In this document: positions 35,711-47,725 of the stretch, piece by piece
Layout: each line of letters starts with the position of its first letter
How positions within the stretch are numbered: position 1 is the first letter of the stretch
Assembly: GCF_964213995.1 (NCBI RefSeq)
Contig: NC_135819.1
Coordinates: 46,438,001-46,502,000 of the forward strand
Source of the DNA: Mustelus asterias
Lineage: Eukaryota
Reading direction: 5' to 3'
DNA length: 64,000 nt
Program-made: the position numbers and the translations under genes
The notes under the pieces: model-generated
What the model was told of the DNA's origin: nothing
Seen by the model: only the letters and a program-made list of their open reading frames with translations
The model's database searches: none

Positions 35711-36414
35711 TGAAAAATACTCAGATATAGATATATCTGTTCAGTCTATTGCCCAGAGAGCAGACTGGACTCTGGATAAATGTACTTAAAATGCAGGAAG
35801 AGTTTTGCAAACAAATTATTCAACAAAAAGCAGTAAAGGAAACTGCAAGCATGTAGATTGAGAATGATAATCACACTAATTATTCCTGGTCATAAAGATG
35901 TCATTGCTGTCCTAAATAATGAACATATTAACCTGGACATCCCATAAGGAGGCTTTTTCTATTAACTCCTGTAATGTTAGGCCATCAAAAGAATGACAGG
36001 CACCAAAACCGTGCAAGAATTTAAACAGAAACGTCTCGATTCAGCATCAGAGAGGTGAATTACACAGGAGGAGAAAACAGATTGCCAAGTGACATCATAG
36101 GACAAGGAGGGGCAGTGGGGTTAAGTTTGTAAGTAGACATTTACGATAGCATACATTCAATTTAAACTGTAACAAATAAGCCAAGGTGATTAAATACATA
36201 AATTTGAATTAATTAAATAAATAAAACAAGATAAGATAGGGGTGGTAAGATAGGGCAGCAGGTGTACCACATTGCATATATGGGAGTTTGTGCACAGCTT
36301 TTTAACCCCGCATACCATATTTACCATTAGTGTTTATATCCTGAGGAAATTCAGTTCAGTAAGAAGTTTAACAACACCAGGTTAAAGTCCAACAGGTTTA
36401 TTTGGTAGCAAATG

Positions 36415-36451
36415 CCACTAGCTTTCGGAGCGCTGCCCCTTCGTCAGGTGG
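36415..36451 (-). ncRNA. Minimal type I hammerhead ribozyme (sense to host pre-mRNA)
   Basis: CCAC-CUGACGA-A-GGGGC(agc)GCUCC-GAAA-GCUA-GUGG on the minus strand. Confidence 0.8.
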
Positions 36452-37317
36452 AGTGGATATCTGCTCTCAAACAGGGCATACAGAGACACAAACTCAATTT
36501 ACAGAATAATGATTGGAATGCAGTCTTTACAGATAATCAAGTCTTAAAGGTACAAACAATGTGAGTGGAGAGAGCATTAAGCACAGGTTAAAGAGATGTG
36601 TATTGTCACCAGACAGGACAGCCAGTGAGATTCTGCAAGTCCAGGCAAGCTGTGGGGGTTACAGATAGTGTGACATGAACCCAGGATCCCGGTTGAGGCC
36701 GTCCTCATGTGTGCGGAACTTGGCTATCAGTTTCTGCTCAGCGACTCTGCGCTGTCGTGTGTCATGAAGGCCGCCTTGGAGAACGCTTACACGAAGATCA
36801 GAGGCCGAATGCTCGTGACCGCTGAAGTGCTCCCCAACAGGAAGAGAACAGTCTTGCCTGGTGATTGTCGAGTGGTGTTCATTCATCCGTTGTCGTAGCG
36901 TCTCAGGCAACAGGCAAGACTGTTCTCTTCCTGTTGGGGAGCACTTCAGCGGTCACGGGCATTCGGCCTCTGATCTTCGTGTAAGCGTTCTCCAAGGCGG
37001 CCTTCACAACACATGACACCGCAGAGTCGCTGAGCAGAACTTGATAGCCAAGTTCCGCACACATGAGGACGGCCTCAACCGGGTTCTTGGGTTCATGTCA
37101 CACTATCTGTAACCCCCTCAGCTTGCCTAGACTTGCAGAATCTCACTGGCTGTCCTGTCTGGAGACAATACACATCTCTTTAACCTGTGCTTAATGCTCT
37201 CTCCACTCACATTGTTTGTACCTTTAAGACTTGATTATCTGTAAAGACTGCATTCCAATCATTATTCTGTAAATTGATTTTGTGTCTCTGTGCCCTGTTT
37301 GTGAACAGATCTCCACT

Positions 37318-37354
37318 CCACCTGACGAAGGGGCAGCGCTCCGAAAGCTAGTGG
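37318..37354 (+). ncRNA. Minimal type I hammerhead ribozyme
   Basis: Stem I CCAC/GUGG, core CUGACGA plus an extra A, stem II GGGGC/GCUCC, GAAA, palindromic AGCU stem III, CUA cleavage triplet ending at 37350. Confidence 0.8.
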
Positions 37355-38708
37355 CATTTGCTACCAAATAAACCTGTTGGACTTTAACCTGGTGTTGTTA
37401 AACTTCTTACTGTGTTTACCCCAGTCCAACGCTGGCATCTCCACATCACAAATTCAGTTCATTCAGGATTGTTATTTTTATTATTATTAAGTGCTGATAT
37501 TGCAGGGGATCAGTGAGGGATTATTGAAGTACCTGGGTACTTTGATTCAGGAGGCAATCACACATCTCCAGTTATTTATCGTAGTGCAGGTCTGGTTAAT
37601 AGTCAGGAACAGGAGGATGTGACTTTGAGTCAGGCAGGTAAAGGGACCTCACATGCAGTGCTGGAGCTGCCTTGGCTATTCCCCTTGGACAACAGATGTG
37701 AGGTTGCTACTGCTGGTGTGGATCGCGCATGGTCCGCAGGGTGGTTACACAAACAGTTCATCGCACACGGTTTAAGAAGCCATTCAGTTGGGAGAAAGTG
37801 TAAACGAATGTGGTAGTGATATGGCCAGTTAGAGGAACACACAGTCTTGCATGGGAGCTCCACTAGTTTTGTTGGCTGGTCAGTGTCAGCGTTAAGGCTA
37901 AAGAAGAACTTGAGGGTGGAAAGGAGAAGGTGAAGTTTTAAGGTCTATGTCAACCACCAATTACAGTAAAACAAGGAATGAGGCTCTACTAAGAGCTTGA
38001 AGAGCTCGGGTTGAAGTTTGGAATTGAATATCCCAGGACACTGGACTTTTAGAATAGAAAAATGGTTATGGAGTATCTTTATAATAAAGGATGGAATAAA
38101 GAATGAGAGAGTAGATCTTGGCTTTAAAAAATCAAAATGTAGAATCAATTTGGATGGAGCTAAGAAATAACAAGACAGTAAACAAGGCTTAGAGTAGTTT
38201 AAATTCTTCCCAATAATAGCTGTGCTGGGAATAGGATAAACCAGATAATTAGAGGTGGATGCAATATGGAAGATACATTAATCAAAGGGGACTTTAATCT
38301 AACTGAGCCAACCAAATTTACAGAAATAGCGTGGAGAATGAGTTCTTGGAAAGCATCCAAGATAGTTCACTAGATCAATATATTAAAGAACCAACTCGGG
38401 CCAGGCTATTTTAGATCTAGTATTGTGCAGTGAGAGTGGAATAATTTGTCATTAAGGAGTTCCTGCAGAAAAGTGATTGTACGATAAATTTTATATCGAG
38501 TCTGAAAGTGATTGAGTTAAGTTCAAAACTAGGATCTTAAGCATGAACAAAGCAAAGTATGTCGATATGAAGGGAGAATGGGAAACTAGATTACAAGATA
38601 TGATAGTAGATAAACAATGGTAAACATTTAAAGAATAAATTCATAACTCTCAATGATTATATATTTCCTTGAGGATTAAAAACACACTTCATAGAACCAT
38701 ACAGTGCA

Positions 38709-39160
38709 GATGAGGAGAGATTAAACAGTTTGGACTTATACTCACTAGAGTTTATAAGGATGAGAGGGGGATCTGGTTGAAGTATATCAAATTTTAAAAA
38801 GAGATTGATAAAGTAAAGATGAACCAAATGTTTCCTCTTATGGAGCAATCTAGAACAAGAGGTCACAAGAATAGGTTGAGAGACAATAGATTTAAAACTG
38901 AAATGAGGCGGAAGTACTTCTCACAGAGGGTGGTGAATTTGTGGAACTCGTTGCCCCATGGCGCGGTGGAGTCTGAATCACTGAATGGTTTCAAGAAGGA
39001 GATAGATATATTTCTAATTAAAAAAAGATATAAGGGGATATGTGGAACAGGTGGGAAGGTGGATTTGAGATCATGGAGAGATCAGCCATGATCTGATTGA
39101 ATGGCAGAGCAGGTCAAAGGGCTGAATTTGCCTACTTCTGCTCCTAATTCCTATGTTCCT
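38709..39160 (+). mobile_element. CR1 3' fragment nested in the older CR1
   Basis: FPLMEQSRTRGH...FSQRVVNLWNSLP; cctatgttcct tail. Confidence 0.88.
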
Positions 39161-39341
39161 ACGTACATAAAAAGCAGGAGGTTTATAGATGTTGCCGAAA
39201 ACAATAGCAAGTCTGAGGACTGGGGGGATTTTAAGATTTAGCAAAGGATAGCCAAGAAATTGATAAAGAATGAAAAAACAGAGCATATAACTGATTGTAA
39301 AAGCTTCTATAGATATGGGAAAGTGAAGGGATTAGCAAAGT

Positions 39342-40190
39342 GATTCATTTGATTTGACTTGATTTATAATTATCACGTGTTAGTATACAGCGAAATGTAT
39401 TGTTTCGTAAGCTCTGTACAAAGCACTGTACATAAAGAAGGAAAGGAGAGAGTGCAAAATTTAGTGTTACAGTCATAGCTAGAGTGTGGAGAAAGATTAA
39501 TTTAATGAGAGGTACGTCCATTCAAAAAGTCTGATGGCAGCAGGGAAGAAGCTGTTCTTGAGTTGGTTGGTGCGTGTCCTCAGACTTTTGCATCTTTTTC
39601 CCAAAGGAGGAAGGTGGAAGAGAGTATGGACGGGGTGTGTGGGGTCCTTAATCATGCTGGTTGTTTTTCCGAGGCAGCGGGAAGTGTAGATAGTGTCAAT
39701 GGGTGGAGGCTGGTTTGGATTGGGCTTCGTTCACAATCCTTTGTAGTTTTTTTGCAGTTTTGAACAGAGCCATACCAAGCTGTGATACAATCAGAAAGAG
39801 TGCTTTCTATGGTGCATCTGTAAACATTGGTGAGAGTTGTAGCGGACATGCCAAATTTCCTTAGTTTTCTGAGAAAGTAGAGGTGTCGGTGGCTTTCTTA
39901 ATTATAGCGTCGGCATGGAAGGACCAGGACAGGTTGTTGGTGACCTGGACATCTAAAAACGTGAAGCTCTCGATCATTTCTACTTTGTCTCCATTGATGT
40001 AAACAGGGGCATGTCCTCCATTATGCTTCCTGAAGTCGATGACTAGCTCCTTCATTTCGTTGACATTGAGAGAGAGATTATTGTCACCGCCCCAGTTCAC
40101 CAGATTCTCTATCTCTTTCCTGTACTCCATCTCGTCATTGTTTGAAATCCCACCCATTATGGTGGTGTCATCAGCAAACTTGAAAATCGA
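39342..40190 (-). mobile_element. Rex1/Babar-type LINE 3' fragment
   Basis: IFKFADDTTIMGGISNNDEMEYRKEI...LSLNV...KELVIDFRK and YRCTIESTLSDCITAWYG motifs; (aaatc)n tail. Confidence 0.88.
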
Positions 40191-41493
40191 GTAATGTACC
40201 CACAGCGTGTAATGTGGGTACCTTAGCAACATGGGAAATTATAATGAGGAAGTAAGGAAATGCGAGTGACAATTTATACATTGCATCTGTCTTTATGGTA
40301 GAAGAGAAAAGCATTTAAGAAGTAGTGGGTAAGCGAGGGTCTGTGAAATGAAAAACTTAAAGATGTAAGTTTTGTAAAGAAATAGCATTGGAAGAAAAAA
40401 GCCAATAAGTCCCCTAAAACTCATTACATAGACATGTAAAAAAGTTGATTGCAGAGATGGCTAATGTATTGGTGTTGAGCATCCAGAAGTCCCTAGATTC
40501 TTAAATGGCCCCCATGGATTGATGGGTAGAAAGCATAACCTCACTGTTCAAGAAAGGAGAGAGAAAACATGGGACTACAGACAGTAGGAATAAATGGATC
40601 ATTTTCAGGTTGGCAAGCTACAACCTGTGCCGGGTGGTGGGGGGGGGAACACCGCCGTGAGGAAAACTGAGATATAATCGGCCTGACATCAATATCAGGG
40701 GAAAATGCCAGAATCTGTTATTAAGGACCTGATAACAGAGCACTCAGAAAACCATGATATGAATGGACAGAGTCAATATGGATTTATAAAAGTGACATCT
40801 TGCTTGACAGATCTGTTACAACTTTTGCAACTAGTGGGGGGAGATAAGGGAAACCCATAGATGTAGTCTATTTGGATTTTCAAAAGCATTCAATAAGCAC
40901 AAGTGGTTATTACGCCAAATTAGGGTTTGTGGGATTGGGGGTCATTTTTATTAGCACGGACTGAGGATTGGTTAGAAAACACAGCAAGAATAAATAGATC
41001 ATTTTTGGATCTGCAAGCAGCAACTAGTGAGATACTACAAAGATCATGCTTGGAACTCAGTTATTTATAATTTAAATCAATGACTTAGGTGAGAGATGGC
41101 ATGTAACAAATCTAAGTTAGGTGGTAAAGTAAACTGTAAATAGAATGCAAAGTGGCTGCAAAAGGATTTAGATGGATTAAGTGAGTAGGCAAGAACATGG
41201 TAGATGGACTACAATGTGGGTGAATGTGAGGTTATCCAATTTTCTAAAAAGAGAGAGACTAGAAAATGCTGATACAAGGACATGGGGTCATCGTAAAACA
41301 AAAATCACCAAAATTAGCATACAAATATAGCAAAGAATTAGGAAAGCAAAATGATATGTTAATCCATTATTAATAAAGGAAGTGGAGTACAAGAGTAAAG
41401 AAGTCTCGCAGCAGTGGTATAAGGCTTTGGTTAGACCACACCACTGTATACAGTTTTCATCTCCTTACCTCAAGAAAAATAAGGAAAGTGAGT

Positions 41494-42464
41494 GGACCTC
41501 TGCTGTTTGTGATTTATATAAATGATCTGGAAGAAGGTGTAACTGGGGTGATCAGTAAGTTTGCAGACGACACAAAATTGGCAGGACTTGCAGATAGCGA
41601 GGAGCATTGTCAGAAGCTACAGAAGGATATAGATAGGCTGGAAATTTGGGCAAAGAAATGGCAGATGGAGTTCAATCCTGATAAATGCGAAGTGATGCAT
41701 TTTGGTAGAAATAATGTAGGGAGGAGCTATACGATAAATGGCAGAACCATAAAGGGTGTAGATACGCAGAGGGACCTGGGTGTGCAAGTCCACAGATCCT
41801 TGAAGGTGATGTCACAGGTGGAGAAGGTGGTGAAGAAGGCACATGGCATGCTTGCCTTTATAGGACAGGGCATAGAGTATAAAAGTTGGGGTCTGATGTT
41901 GCAGATGTATAGAACGTTGGTTCGGCCGCATTTGGAATACTGCGTCCAGTTCTGGTCGCCACACTACCAGAAGGACGTGGAGGCTTTGGAGAGAGTACAG
42001 AGGAGGTTTACCAGGATGTTGCCTGGTATAGAGGGGCTTAGTTATGAGGAGAGATTGGGTAAACTGGGGTTGTTGTCCCTGGAAAGATGGAGGATGAGGG
42101 GAGACTTAATAGAGGTGTATAAAATTATGAAAGGCATAGATAGGGTGAACGGTGGGAAGCTTTTCCCCAGGTCGGTGGTGACGTTCACGAGGGGTCATAG
42201 GCTCAAGGTGAAGGGGGGGGGGGGAAGGTTTAACACAGATATCAGAAGGACATATTTTACACAGAGGGTGGTGGGGGCCTGAAATGCGCTGCCAGGCAAG
42301 GTGGTGGAGGCGGACACACTGGGAACGTTTAAGACTTATCTAGATAGCCATATGAACGGAGTGGGAATGGAGGGATACAAAAGAATGGTCTAGTTTGGAC
42401 CAGGGAGCGGCACGGGCTTGGAGGGCCGAAGGGCCTGTTCCTGTGCTGTATTGTTCTTTGTTCT
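41494..42464 (+). mobile_element. Young CR1 3' fragment
   Basis: GPLLFVIYINDL, FADD, LEYCVQFWSP; ttgttctttgttct tail. Confidence 0.93.
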
Positions 42465-42887
42465 AAAGGTTCACCACACTGACTCCTGGAATGAGGGGAC
42501 TGTCATATGAGGACAGATTGCAATGAATGAGTTTGGAGTTTGAGCGGTGTTTGAAACACATAAAAGTGTTAATGGGCCTGGCAAAGTTGCTGCTGAGAGC
42601 ATGCTTCCCCTGGCTGGGAATTCTAGGGCAAAGGGTCACAATCTCAAATTAGAGAGCTAGTCAGAGAATGATAGACTTTTAAACACCAAGAGAACCAAGG
42701 GACCTGGGGATAGTACAAGAATAGAAGGTAGAAGATCAGCCGCAACCTTATTAAATGATGGAGTTGGCTCAAACGGTCAAATTCCCATGCCTATTCCAAT
42801 TTCTTGAATTCTTCTCGCCAGAAATTAGACTACCTGACACAATTAGCTTTGTTTACATTTAATAGTGATTATAAAATGAAAATTTAC

Positions 42888-42926
42888 CAGGCAGATTGGG
42901 TGCGTCTTTAATTTAGTCCAATGTAT
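42888..42926 (-). CDS. BLTP3B: BLTP3B coding exon (~exon 3), 39 nt
   Basis: IHWTKLKTHPICL; gcag| ... |gtaaa; phase 0-0. Confidence 0.93.
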
Positions 42927-43102
42927 CTGCAAGAGACAGAATATGTCATTCAGTAAAACTTTCAGTTTCTGCAATTGTACAGTCTTCCAAACTTCAAATG
43001 AAATAGTTTGACAACATTTATAAATGATCTTGTTCACAAATCTTCTTCTCTGCAAATTTAGCCATTTTAAATTGAAAATGGCAACTCCAGGCCATTCCAT
43101 CC

Positions 43103-43841
43103 TAGAACATAGAACATAGAACATAACAGCGCAGTACAGGCCCTTCGGCCCTCGATGTTGCGCCGACCAGTGGAACTAATCTAAAGCCCATCTAATCTAC
43201 ACTATTCCAATATCATCCATATGTTTATCCAATAACCATTTGAATGCTCTTAATGTTGATGAGTCCACTACTGCTGCAGGCAGGGCATTCCACGCCCTTA
43301 CTACTCTCTGAGTAAAGAACCTACCTCCAACATCTGTCCTATATCTCTCACCCCTCAATTTAAAACTATGTCCCCTCGTGCTAGCCATCACCATCCGAGG
43401 AAAAAGGCTCTCACTATCCACCCTATCTAATCCTCTGATCATCTTGTATGCCTCTATTAAGTCACCTCTTAACCTTCTTCTCTCTAATGAAAACAACCTC
43501 AAGCCCCTCAGCCTTTCCTCATACGATTTTCCCACCATACCAGGCAACATCCTGGTAAATCTCCTCTGCACCCTTTCCAACACTTCCACATCTTTCCTAT
43601 AATACGGCGACCAGAACTGTGCGCAATACTCCAAATGCGGCCGCACCAGAGTTTTGTACAGTTGCAGCATGACCTCCTGGCTCCGAAACTCAATCCCTCT
43701 ACCAATAAAAGCTAACACACCGTACGCCTTCTTAACAACCCTATCAACCTGGGTGCCAACTTTCAGGGATCTATGCACATGGGCACCCAGATCCCTCTGT
43801 TCATCCACACGACCAAGTATCTTACCATTAGCCCAGTACTC
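43103..43841 (-). mobile_element. Young CR1 3' fragment
   Basis: ORF 43197-43808 is an ORF2 C-terminus; (ttctatg)n tail. Confidence 0.93.
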
Positions 43842-43892
43842 GAAGTGACACTAATAGAAAAGCAGAATACCGTGGACACTCAAAATCTGAAA

Positions 43893-44078
43893 TAGAGTCA
43901 GAGACATAGAGGTTGACAGCATAGAAACAGGCCCTTCAGCCCAACTTGTCCATGCTGCCCTTTTTTTTTTAAACCCCTAAGCTAGTCCCAATTGCCCACA
44001 TTTGGCCCATACCCCTCTATACCCATCTTATCCATGAAACTGTCTAAACACTTTTTAAAAGACAAAATTGTACCCGCC
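43893..44078 (-). mobile_element. Short CR1 3' tail fragment
   Basis: Matches 44933-45087. Confidence 0.8.
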
Positions 44079-44152
44079 ATTGTAATTATCGTAATAGAAA
44101 CAGAAAATAGGTAACCACAGATCTGAAACCCACAGACCTAAAATCCATCTTA

Positions 44153-44477
44153 GGACGGCATGGTGGCACAGTGATTAGCACTGCTGCGTCACAGCGCCAG
44201 GGACCCAGGTTCAATTCTGTCCTTGGGTGACTGCCTGTATGGAGTTTGCACATTCTCCCAGTGTCTGCGTGGGTTTCCTCCGGGTGCTCCGGTTTCCTTC
44301 CACAGTCCAAAGATGTGCAGGTTAGGTTGATTGGCCATGTTAAATTGACCCTAGTTTCAGGGGATTAGCAGGGTAAATATGTGGGGTTATGAGAATAGGG
44401 CCTGGGTGGGATTGTGATCGGTGCAGACTCAATGGGCCAAATGGCTTCCTTCTGCATTGTAGGGATTCTATTCTATG
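44153..44477 (+). mobile_element. Full-length HE1-like V-SINE
   Basis: tRNA head, V-domain, CR1-type tail. Confidence 0.92.
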
Positions 44478-45968
44478 GTTAACTTGAGTTTCTCTCTCCA
44501 CAGATGCTGCCTAACCTGTTGAATTTTTCCAACATGTTCTGTTTTTATTTAAGATACCCGACACTGTTGTTCAGCAATTGAGATTACAATGTTAGGAGCA
44601 CAAAGTCAATGAAAAAATAGGATGCAGGCACACTTTAATAAACACAGAACTACTGGTCATGCAGGATATCATGTGCCTTATCAGTTTCTTCCTCTTGACA
44701 CAATAATAATCACCACTGCTCTGGCGGATAAGGTTTTTTTTTAACAAAACGGCCTTTAAGCTTGTTAGTTAATCAAAGTTAGCTTTTCAGTTGAATACAA
44801 CATTAAATTTAATTGATTAGAAAATAGTAAAATAGAAGGAAAAATATAAAAACAAGACATAAAATAGAGCAGGTATATTTTTGTACCTTTTGGTTTAACA
44901 TGTTGCTTTATCTGAACCTTGAAATAGCTTTATAGAGTCACAGAGGTTTACAGCTTCGGCCCAACTTGTCCATACCCTAAAGCCCTAAGCTAATCCCAAT
45001 TGCCCGCATTTGGCCTATATCCCTCTATACCCATCGTACCCATGTAACTATCTAAATATTTTTTAAAAGACAAAATTGTACCCGCCTCTACTACTACCTC
45101 TGGCAGCTTGTTCCAGACACTCACCACCCTGTGTGTGAGAAAATTGCCCTCTGGACACTTTTGTATCGCTCCCCTCTCACCATAAACCTGTGCCCTCTAG
45201 TTTTAGACTCCCCTACCTTTGGGAAAAGATATTGACTTATCTGGCTGATCTATGCCTCTCATTATTTTATAGACCTCTATAAGATCACTCCTCAGCCTTC
45301 TACGCTCCAGAGAAAAAAGTCCCAGTCTATCCAGCCTCTCCTTATAACTCAAACCATCAAGTCCCGGTAGCAGCCTAGTAAATCTTTTCTGCACTCTTTC
45401 TAGTTTAATAATATCCTTTCTATAATAGGGTGACCAGAAGTGCACACGGTATTCCAAGTGTGGCCTTACCAATGTCTAGTACAACTTCAACAAGACATTC
45501 CAACTCCTGTATTCAATGTTCTGGCCGATGAAATCAAGCATGCCAAATGCCTTTGTCCACCTGTGACTCCATTTTCAAGGAGCTATGAACATGTACCCCT
45601 AGATCTCTTTGTTCTGTAACTCTCCCCAACGCCCTACCATTAACTGAGTAAGTCCTGCCCTGGTTCAATCTACCAAACTGCATCACCTCGCATTTGTCTA
45701 AATTAAACTCCATCTGCCATTCGTCAGCCCACTGGCCTAATTGATCAAGATCCCGTTGCAATTGGAGATAACTTTCTTCACTGTCCACCAGGCCACCAAT
45801 CTTAGTGTCATCTGCAAACTTACTAACCATGCCCCCTATATTCTCGACCAAATCATTAATATAAATGACAAATAACAGTGGACCCAGCACTGATCCCTGA
45901 GGCACACCGCTGGTCATAGGCCTCCAGTTTGAAAAACAACTCTCTACAACAACTCTCTGGCTTCTGTC

Positions 45969-46267
45969 TTGTCTGGAGACAATACACATCTTTTTAGCCT
46001 GTCTTGATGCTCTCTCCACTCCCATTGTTTTGTTTCTTAAAGACTGGATTAGTTGTAAGTATTCGCATTCCAACCATTATTCATGTAAATTGAGTCTGTG
46101 TCTTTATAAGTTCTGTTTGTGAACAGAATTCCCACTCACCTGAAGAAGAGGCTTAGAGCCTCGAAAGCTTGTGTGGCTTTTGCTACCAAATAAACCTGTT
46201 GGACTTTAACCTGGTGTTGTTAAACTTCTTACTGTGTTTACCCCAGTCCAACGCCGGCATCTCCACA
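45969..46267 (+). mobile_element. Solo Penelope-like pLTR with hammerhead and tail
   Basis: Homologous to 37156-37447; TTCTGTC duplicated at 45962-45968 and 46268-46274. Confidence 0.88.
46132..46176 (+). ncRNA. Minimal type I hammerhead ribozyme
   Basis: CAC-CUGAAGA-A-GAGGC(uuaga)GCCUC-GAAA-GCUU-GUG; stem II differs in sequence from the 37318 copy yet stays paired. Confidence 0.8.
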
Positions 46268-47329
46268 TTCTGTCAAGAAGCCAATTTTATAACCATTTAG
46301 ATACCTCACCCTGGATCCCATGAGATTTAACCTTAACCTACCATGCGGTACCTTGTCAAAGGCCTTGCTAAAGTCCATGTAGACAACATCAACTGCACTG
46401 TTCTCATCTACCTTCTTGGTTACCCCTTCAAACAACTCAATCAAATTTGTGAGACATGATTTTCCACTCACAAAGCCATGCTGACTGTCCCTAATCAGTA
46501 CTTGAGTCTCTAAATGCCTATAGATCCTGTCTCTCAAAATACCTTCCAACAATTTACCTACCAGATGTGAGGCTCGCTGGCCTGTACTTCCCAGGCTTTT
46601 TCCTGCAGCCCTTTTTAAACAAAGGCACAACATTTGCCACTCTCCAATCTTCAGGCACCTCACCTGTGACTATCAATGATTCAAATATCTCGGCTAGGGG
46701 ACCCGCAATTTCCTCCCTAGCCTCCCACAATGTTCTGGGATATACTTCATCAGGTCCTGGGGATTTATCTACCTTGATGTGCTTTAAAACTTCCAGCACC
46801 TCCTTCTCTGTAATATGTACACTCCTCAAGACATCACTATTTATTTCCCCAAGTTCCCTAACATCCATGCTTTTCTCAACAGCTTTATTAGTTTTATTTC
46901 AACAGTGAAAAAGCTGGAAGCCATCAGGTTGAAATCTCATTGCAAACTTTTTAGATTCAGCATATTCAGGACATAGGTCCGAGGCCTTTCAGCCATAGTA
47001 CACTCAGAGGCTAGAAACTGGTACAGTTCCGAGCTGGATGCTTGACGTGGAACGTACATTTATGAATATCAAAAGCACTGAAATTGTACTGAAACACTTG
47101 AGAGTGGAAAATGCTGTATGGAAAAAAGTTCAATTCTATTGCAATTTCCAATTCAAAAGCTTTTGCAATGTATTTTAACAAATTTTATGAATAAAGTATA
47201 TTTTTGAAAAATAAATCGAGTACCAGTGCTGCAAAGCAAATCAACACAAGAGTCTATTGTCTACGTGTTTTATTCTTAAAGGTCAAATTTCATACTTGAT
47301 TAGAAAATACATGTTTCTGCCATTGATCA

Positions 47330-47725
47330 CTGCCTTGACTCAGTAGCAGCATTCTTACTTGAATATCAGAGGTTCATGGATTTAAGCTGCATTCCAGAAA
47401 CAAGCAAAATCAGTTTAAGATTGGGATGGTGTTGCACTGTTGGGGTGCGCCAGCTTTCAAATGGGATGTTAAACCAGCTTCTCAGACAAACATTGCTATT
47501 TGTAAAAGAACAGGAGGGTTCACCTTGTGCGCTGGCCAACATTTAGCCCTCAATAACAACAAGATGATTTTGTCATTCTTCTCATTGCTGTTTGTGGGAA
47601 TTTGTACATAAATTGGATCCTGATTTTCTTGTACTACAATAGTATCTACACTTCAAAAGTACTTCAATGTTTGAAAATTGCTTTGGGACACTGAAGTTGT
47701 GAATTGGGATATACAAATGCAAGGA
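47330..47725 (+). mobile_element. Old DeuSINE (SacSINE1/AmnSINE-like)
   Basis: tRNA-like head; ctggccaacattt...cattgctgtttgtggga...cacttcaaaagtacttca core; related remnants at ~58860-59140 and ~59930-60110(-). Confidence 0.6.

Larger units (their letters stand above)
36359..37449. mobile_element. Penelope-like element fragment: inverted ~500-bp arms (GIY-YIG C-terminus + pLTR) with 3' tail
   Basis: Arms 36357-36860 and 36911-37412; ORF 36659-36910(-) LRQRMNEH...VGEHF...EQKLIAKF...GLNRD is typical of the PLE GIY-YIG C-terminus; 12-bp TSD AAATTCAGTTCA at 36347-36358 and 37450-37461. Confidence 0.92.
36000..42815 (+). mobile_element. Old degraded full-length CR1 hosting nested insertions
   Basis: ORF1 zinc-finger-like remnant ~36260-36350; EN remnants ~38150-38500; RT remnants 40400-41480; 3' end 42465-42810, colinear across the insertions. 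Confidence 0.7.
44933..46880 (-). mobile_element. CR1 LINE, 5'-truncated, interrupted by a Penelope pLTR
   Basis: KSPGPD, QHGF, DFSKAFDKV, GVPQGSVLGP and FADD in frameshifted ORFs. Confidence 0.93.

Noticed and set aside
43103-43125. Short tandem repeats (tagaaca)n as an array
   Set aside because: Ordinary CR1 3'-terminal repeats; no CRISPR-like repeat-spacer structure exists in this eukaryotic window.
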